Source: an uncultured Elusimicrobiales bacterium
GTDB taxonomy: Bacteria > Elusimicrobiota > Endomicrobiia > Endomicrobiales > CAIRNS01
DNA: 62,666 bases
NCBI GenBank assembly: GCA_964577205.1
Contig: CAZNYG010000002.1
Span: 3,757 to 66,422, forward strand
Direction: 5' to 3'
Shown here piece by piece: positions 56,423 to 62,666 of this stretch. The notes beneath the pieces were generated by a model, which ran no database searches, had not been told where the DNA came from, and saw nothing but the letters and a program-made list of their open reading frames with translations. The stretch's first letter is position 1. Each line of letters starts with the position of its first letter. Position numbers and translations under genes: made by a program.

Positions 56423-56974
56423 TTAGAACGTAGGGGGGGTGACCACCCATATCGCTTCGCTTTCCTCCTTGCCTGTATTCTTAAATGAATGGGGAGTGCT
56501 GGCGTTGAAGTAGATGCTGTCGCCCTTTTTCAGGACGTATACCGCGTCGTTGAGCGTCACTTCGAGCGTTCCTTTGATGACCAGGATGAACTCCTGGCCG
56601 AAATGTTTGTACATGTTCTCGCCGGAAGCCGCTTTCGGATTGAGCTTGAAAAGCAGGGGTTCCATCTGTTTGTTCGGTTCAGGCGTCGTCAGCAGGTAAA
56701 GGTTGATGCCGTTGCCGATCTCGTCAAGGTGTTTCCGTTCTTCGACGCGCATGACCGGCGATCCCGACCCGGCCTGGTTTTCACCGATCAGATTGCCGAC
56801 CGTGGATGAAAGGCTGTTGGCGATATTCTTCAGCGTTTCCAGCGACGGCTGCGCCTTTCCCGTTTCGATCTGCGAGAGAAAGCTCGGGCTGATATTCACG
56901 CTTTTGGCCAGCGTACGCAGGGTTATTCTCTTTTCCTCGCGCAGCCGTTTGATGTTGACCCCAATGATCTTCAT
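56423..56974 (-). CDS. XRE-family HTH transcriptional regulator with C-terminal cupin domain
   Basis: HTH region ITLRTLAKSVNISPSFLSQIETGK and cupin beta-barrel region EFILVIKGTLEVTL ... GDSIYFNASTPHSF. The start is chosen at MKIIGVNIKRLREE. Confidence 0.85.
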   Translation of the reverse strand: MKIIGVNIKRLREEKRITLRTLAKSVNISPSFLSQIETGKAQPSLETLKNIANSLSSTVGNLIGENQAGSGSPVMRVEERKHLDEIGNGINLYLLTTPEPNKQMEPLLFKLNPKAASGENMYKHFGQEFILVIKGTLEVTLNDAVYVLKKGDSIYFNASTPHSFKNTGKEESEAIWVVTPPTF

Positions 56975-57090
56975 GGCATAAGTATATCCTGAAATCGGCC
57001 AAAAGTCAAGTGGTATCAAACAAAAATAAGTATATGTAAACACATAAACTGCTAAAAAAATCAAATAATTCCACTTTTTATCGGGATGCC

Positions 57091-57119
57091 TTGCCTCGGG
57101 CGGCGGATATAAGTATAAT
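57091..57119 (+). promoter_or_regulatory. Sigma70-like promoter placing the transcription start within a few nt of the 57129 ATG
   Basis: TTGCCT (57091-57096), a 17-nt spacer, then TATAAT (57114-57119). The ATG is at 57129. Confidence 0.5.
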
Positions 57120-57128
57120 GATGATATT

Positions 57129-57620
57129 ATGACGGTATTCGTGCTGATCCCCGCTTTGCTGCAATTCCTGAAACTTCACGTCTTTACCGTCATCCTCAAC
57201 CATTTCGTCAATATCCCTCTCTCCATCATTTTCGGTTTCGGCAAGTACGCGGCTTTTGTAATAGCGCTGATCATGGACATTGTGCAGATCGTTGTTTACT
57301 TCAACGTGCTGAACAAGACGTCGATCGGCAAACGGTTCGGCTGGATCGTGGACGACAAGATGATCAAGGAGTACCGTGAGCCCGAATTCGTCGTCCGCAT
57401 GCAGAATAAGGGGATGTACTACTGGGCGGTCATGTCCCTTTCGCTACTGCCGGTGTATTTCGGAGGGATATTCGTCGCCGTGTTCACTTCGCACATGCTG
57501 AAACTGGATAAAAGAAAGAGCGCGATATACATCTTCATCGGAAGCCTTATCGGCTGCTTTATCTGGACCATCGGCATCTGGAACCTCGTCGAACTGGTGA
57601 TCACTTCGTTCAGGCGCTGA
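57129..57620 (+). CDS. Small polytopic membrane protein, function unknown
   Basis: Four hydrophobic helices, for example AAFVIALIMDIVQIVVYFNVL and YWAVMSLSLLPVYFGGIFVAVF. No motif recognised. Confidence 0.5.
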   Translation: MTVFVLIPALLQFLKLHVFTVILNHFVNIPLSIIFGFGKYAAFVIALIMDIVQIVVYFNVLNKTSIGKRFGWIVDDKMIKEYREPEFVVRMQNKGMYYWAVMSLSLLPVYFGGIFVAVFTSHMLKLDKRKSAIYIFIGSLIGCFIWTIGIWNLVELVITSFRR

Positions 57621-57824
57621 TCCCTCCCGGTAAAAATGAAAACTCCGGACCTCATTAGATTCCCCGGTACCGCCGGTGCGCGTTTCGTCATGGCGCGCCA
57701 GCTGCGCTACAGCGCGGGTACATACGGGGTGCAGTTCGCCGCGAAAAGAGGGGAAATATCCTTCATGGCGGGCACGAAGGTCGTCATAGCGACCGACGGC
57801 TTGACGATCCCCCTATAGCAAAGA

Positions 57825-57847
57825 GGCGTTCATTTGTTCATTCAGCG
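57825..57847. repeat. Single gttcatt word copy (family A) upstream of the LtaS-family gene
   Basis: ggcgttcatttgttcattcagcg has the same ggcgttcatt head as 24022 and 43366. Confidence 0.6.
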
Positions 57848-57865
57848 AAAGGATATACGATAAGC

Positions 57866-59980
57866 ATGGCTGGCTCCCTGCCGTCCCCCGATGTGCCCAT
57901 TGCTGAAGCTCCTTCTGTACGGACGATCACGTTCGGCACGGTCTTTTTCACCGTGAAGGAGCTGATTGCCCTGAACGCGGTGTTCCTTCTGGGCATGACT
58001 CTTTTCCGCGCTGCTTTCTTTTTATTTTTCGCGCGCTTAGGGGACTTTAAAGGCATGTACCTCTCGGTGGCCGAGGCGTTTTTCCTCGGGTTCCGGTTCG
58101 ACCTTTCCGTCGCGGCGTACATCAATACGCTGGTCACGCTGACGCTTCTGATCGTGTGGGCCGTCAACAGCAGGCGCGTGTTCGAATACTGGGCGCGCGC
58201 CCTCGTCTTTTACTATACCGCGCTGTATACCGTCGTCCTGCTGGTGCTCATCGTCGATCTCGGTTTTTTCTCCTATTTCAAGACGCATATCAACAGCATG
58301 ATCTACGGCTTTTTCGAAGACGATACCATGGCGCTGGTCCGGACCATCGCGCAGAACCACCTGTTCATTCCCGCGTTCGCGGCCCTGTGCGGCCTTGTGG
58401 CTTTGATCTTCCTGTGGTGCCGCAGGAACAGTGTGCGCATCCGGAAAGGATACGCCGCCGCGCGGCCCGTTCCGTTCCGTCCATGGATGAAGATCGTCTT
58501 TGTCATTGTGCTGGTGAGCCTGAATGGGCTTGCCGCCCGCGGGTCCCTGCGGATGTTCCCGCTGAGCCCCATTTATGCCGAGATATCATCCGACCCGTTT
58601 ATCAACAAATTGAGCCTGAACGGCATTTTCGCCCTCGGGGAAGCCATGAAGCTCCGCGGGGAGAACAATCAATCCGCTTTCAACCTCGCCCGCCAGTTCG
58701 GATACGAAGGGGACCTGCCTCGCGCTTTTTCGGATTTCACCGGAGAGGGTACGCGAAACTCAGATGGCGCGACTCTTATGGAACGGCTCAGGAAAGTCAC
58801 GCCGGTCAATAAGACGGCTGAACGGCTGCGCCCTGATGTCGTCGTCATCATCATGGAAAGCTTTGGAGGCAACCTTCTGCGCTACGACCGTCCGGATTTC
58901 GACCTCCTGGGGGAACTGCGCCGTCATATTGATGACGGGTATATGTTCCATCGGTTCCTCCCCGCGGGCCTGATCACGATCCATGCCGTGGAATCGATCG
59001 TGCTTAACATCCCTCAGCGTCCGTTCAACCTTTCGGTAACCCAGTCCGAGTATGCCATGCTGCCGTTCCCAACGGCGGCGACGCTTCCGTATAAGCGCGC
59101 CGGGTACGCGACGGCCTTCGTTTACGGCGGAAGCCTCGGGTGGCGTCAGATGGACACGTTCCTCCGGGCGCAGGGATTCGATACGGTGCTGGGGGAAGGC
59201 GCGATGCCCGCGGCTCAGAAAAACCAGTGGGGCGTGTACGATGAATACCTTTTTGATGCCGCTTACAGGGAATTGAATTCGGGCGGAGCGCCGAAGTTCG
59301 TCATGATCATGACCACGACGAATCATCCGCCGTATTCCGTGCCCGCCTCATACAGGCCCGGCCCGCTGAACATCCCGGAGGATCTGGCGCGCGTCATGAC
59401 GAACGACCGTTCGCTGGCGATGAAGCGTTTCGTCACGTATCAGTACGGGAACCAGAAACTGGGCGAATTCATCTCCCGGATCAGGCGGTCGGAAAGAGGG
59501 AGACGCGCCATAATCGCGGTGACCGGCGACCACAATTTCTGGGACGTGTTCAACTACGGCCCGCGCGAACTTTTCTACCGTTACAGCGTTCCCTTCTATC
59601 TTTTCATCCCGGACGAGCTGAAGCCCGCGAAAGTGGACGCCTCTGTCGCGGGAAGCCACATGGACATCATGCCGACCCTTTATCATCTCTCTCTTTCTCA
59701 CCGCGAGTATTACGCGATGGGCAGCGATCTCCTCGGCGCGAAGGCGCCGGCATATGCTTTAGATTCGGAAGGCCTCGTCATTTCCCGGGACGGCGCGGCC
59801 CTTTTCCTTCCTGAAACAGGCCAGGCCGCCGGCTATGCCTGGGACCCCTCTTCTCCCGGCATGCTCCTGCCGGCTCCCTCCATGAATACCGACGGACAGG
59901 CCCGCTATTACAAGGCCGCGTCCGTCGTATCCGAATTCGTGATCAAAAACACCCGCCGTGCCGTTCAAACAGGGCGATAA
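57866..59980 (+). CDS. LTA synthase family protein (membrane-anchored sulfatase / phosphoglycerol-transferase fold)
   Basis: Five N-terminal TM helices followed by an alkaline-phosphatase-superfamily domain with VVVIIMESFGG, TTNHPPYSVP and VTGDHNFW. Confidence 0.85.
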   Translation: MAGSLPSPDVPIAEAPSVRTITFGTVFFTVKELIALNAVFLLGMTLFRAAFFLFFARLGDFKGMYLSVAEAFFLGFRFDLSVAAYINTLVTLTLLIVWAVNSRRVFEYWARALVFYYTALYTVVLLVLIVDLGFFSYFKTHINSMIYGFFEDDTMALVRTIAQNHLFIPAFAALCGLVALIFLWCRRNSVRIRKGYAAARPVPFRPWMKIVFVIVLVSLNGLAARGSLRMFPLSPIYAEISSDPFINKLSLNGIFALGEAMKLRGENNQSAFNLARQFGYEGDLPRAFSDFTGEGTRNSDGATLMERLRKVTPVNKTAERLRPDVVVIIMESFGGNLLRYDRPDFDLLGELRRHIDDGYMFHRFLPAGLITIHAVESIVLNIPQRPFNLSVTQSEYAMLPFPTAATLPYKRAGYATAFVYGGSLGWRQMDTFLRAQGFDTVLGEGAMPAAQKNQWGVYDEYLFDAAYRELNSGGAPKFVMIMTTTNHPPYSVPASYRPGPLNIPEDLARVMTNDRSLAMKRFVTYQYGNQKLGEFISRIRRSERGRRAIIAVTGDHNFWDVFNYGPRELFYRYSVPFYLFIPDELKPAKVDASVAGSHMDIMPTLYHLSLSHREYYAMGSDLLGAKAPAYALDSEGLVISRDGAALFLPETGQAAGYAWDPSSPGMLLPAPSMNTDGQARYYKAASVVSEFVIKNTRRAVQTGR

Positions 59981-60097
59981 CAAAAAAGCCTTGAAATCTC
60001 CGTAAATCTGCATTAGACTTAAAATGTATTTCCCCCGGCTTGATGGGAATGCGTTCCCGTGAATATGGCGATTGCGATTATTCCGCTGCGGGTGCAC

Positions 60098-60131
60098 AAA
60101 ACCGAAATGCCGGTTCATTTCGGTTTTTTTT
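60098..60131 (+). terminator. Intrinsic terminator ending 10 nt before the SRPBCC gene start
   Basis: ACCGAAAT (60101-60108) / ATTTCGGT (60117-60124), followed by TTTTTTTT. The GGAGA RBS and the ATG at 60141 follow immediately. Confidence 0.7.
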
Positions 60132-60140
60132 CTGGAGATC

Positions 60141-60581
60141 ATGATGACCGAATTTACTTTTTCAACAGTTGTCGCGAGGGATCCTGAAGAGGTATTTGTG
60201 GTGCTCAGGGATATCGAAAGATATCCCGTGTTCATGGGCGATGTCAAATCTGTCCATGTTGAAAGTCTGGGAGCCAATAACGCGCGCGTCTCCCGGTGGC
60301 ACATCGATGTCGACGGTACTTCCATAAAGTGGACCCAGGAAGACACTATTGACGACAATGACCGGACTATCATGTTCAGGAGCATCAAGGGTGATTACCT
60401 CTACGAAGGCGACTGGCGCGTCGCCCCGATATCCGGCGGCGCCCGTCTTACCGTGCGCGCGCGTTTTGACTGGGGAGTGCCGAATTTTGAAAAGTATTTC
60501 GGCGACGTGTACGCGAAAAAAGCGCGGCATGCGGTCAAAAGCATGCTGATCGCTCTGAGGCGGAGGCTCGTCCATGGATAA
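60141..60581 (+). CDS. SRPBCC superfamily protein (polyketide cyclase/dehydrase-like lipid-binding fold)
   Basis: About 146 aa, with the pattern VVARDPEEVFVVLRDIERYPVFMGDVKSV ... W ... GDWRV ... typical of Polyketide_cyc2/CoQ10-like START folds. Assigned by eye only. Confidence 0.6.
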   Translation: MMTEFTFSTVVARDPEEVFVVLRDIERYPVFMGDVKSVHVESLGANNARVSRWHIDVDGTSIKWTQEDTIDDNDRTIMFRSIKGDYLYEGDWRVAPISGGARLTVRARFDWGVPNFEKYFGDVYAKKARHAVKSMLIALRRRLVHG

Positions 60582-61665
60582 ATTCGCTTTTCTTTACCAT
60601 CCCTACGACCTGGACAGCCTATACGTCAAAGGCATCATAGAGCCTTCCGTAAGGAATAAAGACCGTCGTTTTGTGGAACGCACCCTGCGCTGGCTTCCTC
60701 CCATTAAGACCGAATCGACGGTCATTACGTCGAAGACCGGCGCTTCAGTCATCGGCGAAATGATACTGGTGCCTCTTATCTGCGATCAGATCATGAATAT
60801 GGAACCTAAATTCGTCCTGGATAAAACAGTCAAGGGCGCGCAGCTTGCCGAGAATCTGGGAGCGCGCATCGCCGGCCTCGGGGCTTATCTCTCCCCTGTC
60901 GGAAGGCGGGGTGCGCTCGTGGCGAAAGCGGTCAGTATCCCTGTAACATCCGGCACGACTTACACGATAGCCACCGCGATAGACGCGACGATCCGGGCGG
61001 CGGAATATGCCGGCCTGCCCATCGGCGAGGCGACCGTTTCCATAGTCGGCGCGACGGGAGCTATCGGCAGGGTGTGCGCGCAGGTGCTGTCGGAAAAAGT
61101 GAATAAGCTGATCCTCGCGGCGCGCACGATGGAGCGCCTTGAAACGCTTCGCCGTGAGATCATTGAAACAAACGACGTCGCGGGAGAAATACTGTGCAAC
61201 AACGATATCAAGGCAGCAGTCGGCGACAGTGATATTGTCGTGATCTCCACGAACACGCCGCTGGAGATCCTCAGCGCGCGTGATTTTCCACCGGGGTGCA
61301 TCGTATGCGATATATCGGTGCCGCATAACATTTCGCAGGAAGACGCCCTGGGTTCTGATGTTCTTATCGTAGATGGAGGATTGGTACAGCCTTTTAGTGA
61401 CGTAGATTTCCAGTATCTCGGGCTGCCTCCAAAGGTGGCCTACGCGTGCCTTTCGGAAGTCATGCTCCTGGCGCTGGATGGACGGTTTGAGAATTTTTCC
61501 ACCGGCGGCGGGATATCATACGGAAAAGTCCGGGAAATCCAGCGGATCGCCGATAAACACGGTTTTTCGCTCGCCCGGTTCAAAAGCTTCGGTGTTGCCG
61601 TAACGGATGAACAGATCGACAGGATCCGGAACGCGCGCGGATGCCGCAAAAGGCGCGCGTCCTGA
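60574..61665 (+). CDS. NAD(P)-dependent oxidoreductase resembling long-chain acyl-[ACP] reductase (AAR family)
   Basis: Colinear by-eye similarity to the cyanobacterial acyl-ACP reductase I recall: FAFLYHP (vs FGLIGHL), TSGTTYT (vs TTGNTHT), ATVSIVGATGAIGRV (vs ATVAVVGATGDIGSA), LILAARTMERLETL (vs LILTARNQERLDNL), ACLSEVMLLALDG (vs ACFAEAMLLEFEG, the catalytic Cys region) and KHGF (vs RHGF). Overlaps the SRPBCC gene by 8 nt. Confidence 0.65.
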   Translation: MDKFAFLYHPYDLDSLYVKGIIEPSVRNKDRRFVERTLRWLPPIKTESTVITSKTGASVIGEMILVPLICDQIMNMEPKFVLDKTVKGAQLAENLGARIAGLGAYLSPVGRRGALVAKAVSIPVTSGTTYTIATAIDATIRAAEYAGLPIGEATVSIVGATGAIGRVCAQVLSEKVNKLILAARTMERLETLRREIIETNDVAGEILCNNDIKAAVGDSDIVVISTNTPLEILSARDFPPGCIVCDISVPHNISQEDALGSDVLIVDGGLVQPFSDVDFQYLGLPPKVAYACLSEVMLLALDGRFENFSTGGGISYGKVREIQRIADKHGFSLARFKSFGVAVTDEQIDRIRNARGCRKRRAS

Positions 61666-62666
61666 TGTGGTATTTCTTTGCGGTTTCTTCCCTGCTGGCC
61701 GGCATCATATGCGGTTTTTTGGGAATATTCGTTTACGGGAAGCACCGGGAGCATGAGCATAACAGGACGTTCGCTGTCGTCAGTATCCTCATTGGGATCT
61801 GGAGTCTTTTTCCCTTCGTGACCGCGATCGCTCCTGATCCTGCTTCCGCTCTCCGCAACGGTCGTATAGTTTATCTTGCGGCATTGTTCGCGCCCGCCGC
61901 CTTCTTTCATTTCGTTTTCACGATCCTCGGTGTTTTTAAGCGTAAGATCATCCGCCGCGCGATCTATGCCTTTTACGCCGTTTCGCTGCTCTTCCTGCCT
62001 TTCCTGTTCTCCCCTCATCTCATCAGGGGGGTCATAGCCCGCTCTCCCGGTTCGTCCGTGGTCCCCGGCCCCCTGTATCCGTTCTACATCGCATTTTTCA
62101 TCGCGCTGTGCCCTTACGCGATCTATCAGATGTACGTGATCTATCGTTCGTCGAGCGGCTACCGCAAGGAACAGCTCAAATTCCTTTCGCTGGGGTTTTT
62201 TGTCGCCATGGTCGCCGGTGGCATGCATCTTTTTTCGGCGTACGCGCCTATCGAGGTCATACCGCACGACCTGTTGCTGATCGCATGGGCATGCATCATC
62301 GCGTACGCGATAGTCAGGCATAAATTTCTCGATATCCGCACAGTGCTTACGAACGCCGGCATATTCCTTCTTCTGTACACACTGGTCCTGGGTATACCTT
62401 TCTGGCTGGGATTCGGGCAGGGACGATGGAAACTTTCGACATTCCTCATGGCGGTGCTGGCCAGCGGGGGGCCGTTCATTTATCTGGGTCTGAAAAAGAA
62501 AGCGGAAAATATCCTTCTTGCCGAGCAGAAAAGATACCAGAGGGTCCTCCTTCAGGCGTCGGAAGGGATGGTACGGCAGCATAGTCTCGATAAGTTGCTG
62601 AAACTGATCGTCCATATCATCAAGAGGGCGGTGCAGCTGGATTACGCGGCGGCTTATATTGACGAC
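61665..62666 (+). CDS. Membrane sensor protein, N-terminal 7TM domain followed by the start of a GAF-like domain; 3' end cut by the window edge
   Basis: My own translation from the ATG at 61665 (overlapping the preceding TGA) runs 334 codons without a stop to the window end. It shows seven hydrophobic helices (MWYFFAVSSLLAGIICGFLGIFVYG ... LSTFLMAVLASGGPFIYLGL), then LLAEQKRYQRVLLQASEGM ... LDKLLKLIVHIIKRAVQLDYAAAYIDD. It is not in the supplied ORF track, which instead lists an antisense ORF at 61440-62615. Confidence 0.65.
   Translation, partial: MWYFFAVSSLLAGIICGFLGIFVYGKHREHEHNRTFAVVSILIGIWSLFPFVTAIAPDPASALRNGRIVYLAALFAPAAFFHFVFTILGVFKRKIIRRAIYAFYAVSLLFLPFLFSPHLIRGVIARSPGSSVVPGPLYPFYIAFFIALCPYAIYQMYVIYRSSSGYRKEQLKFLSLGFFVAMVAGGMHLFSAYAPIEVIPHDLLLIAWACIIAYAIVRHKFLDIRTVLTNAGIFLLLYTLVLGIPFWLGFGQGRWKLSTFLMAVLASGGPFIYLGLKKKAENILLAEQKRYQRVLLQASEGMVRQHSLDKLLKLIVHIIKRAVQLDYAAAYIDD

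Noticed and set aside
57636-57818. 60-aa ORF between the small membrane protein gene and the LtaS-family gene
   Set aside because: It has no RBS, no recognisable motif and no hydrophobic or structural pattern. It could be real, but I cannot support it from sequence alone.
4834-57847. CRISPR array interpretation of the repeated words, and of the two direct repeats at 3889/4055
   Set aside because: The repeat units are only 7-8 nt and directly tandem, with no unique spacers. The 22-nt direct repeats occur only twice, about 165 nt apart. No cas genes are present.
61522-61534. RNase P RNA-like GGAAAAGTCCGGG motif
   Set aside because: It lies inside the AAR-like coding frame (YGKVREI). None of the other conserved RNase P elements are nearby.
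61440-62615. 391-aa minus-strand ORF from the ORF track
   Set aside because: Its composition is Arg/Asp/His/Pro-rich with no membrane or domain logic. The opposite strand encodes a coherent 7TM sensor in a frame that is open to the window end and starts on the preceding gene's stop codon. I treat the minus ORF as a GC-rich shadow ORF.

Overview
This 62.7-kb, mostly G+C-rich bacterial window is dominated by housekeeping operons. All calls come from by-eye motif recognition on the supplied ORF track; no database search was run.

I call about 56 protein-coding genes and one tRNA (Leu-CAG). I see no rRNA, CRISPR array, transposase or integrase.

**Gene blocks, in order:**
- A 5'-truncated ORF of at least 1208 aa with unknown function, in a visibly lower-GC segment (1-3627).
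- A minus-strand block: rlmB-cysS-ispF-ispD-PIN/TRAM-aroE-TPR.
- DUF4912-GH57-GAF/HD-GYP.
- rsmI-argC-argJ-tsaC-LMW phosphatase-glyA. This resembles the ywlC-ywlE-glyA order I recall from Bacillus.
- A GT4 sugar-phosphate transferase, wecB, an RlmI-like methyltransferase and queF.
- The distal dcw cluster murC-murB-ddl-ftsQ-ftsA-ftsZ, followed directly by pilT and pgeF.
- An aromatic amino-acid supraoperon pheA-hisC-DAHP synthase-tyrA-aroA, then plsC-ispH-rpsA.
- mazG, a CheY-like regulator, tRNA-Leu, smpB, a beta-CASP MBL hydrolase, a second CheY-like regulator and a nitroreductase.
- leuA, an Amidase_3 protein and pepF.
- A minus-strand operon: XRE/cupin regulator, atypical M20-like protein, ackA, degenerate ackA paralog.
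- A small membrane protein and an LtaS-family protein.
- A translationally coupled SRPBCC plus acyl-ACP-reductase-like pair, followed by a 3'-truncated 7TM sensor that is absent from the ORF track.

**Most unusual observations:**
1. Almost every intergenic spacer carries 7-8-nt periodic 'word' arrays (gttcatt, gtgagtaa, gcaaatc, atgtaaaa, gctcataa, cagtgac, cagc). They are usually arranged as inverted pairs that could fold the whole spacer into a long hairpin. They often start on the upstream stop codon and give stops in all three frames. One exact 31-mer is shared by the cysS and queF leaders.
2. glyA carries an in-frame TAG at a conserved Ser codon.
3. The SRPBCC/AAR-like module has no aldehyde-deformylating oxygenase partner.
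4. In the ackA operon, both the paralog and the M20-like protein have substitutions at canonical catalytic positions.
5. The large orphan ORF sits in a low-GC island.
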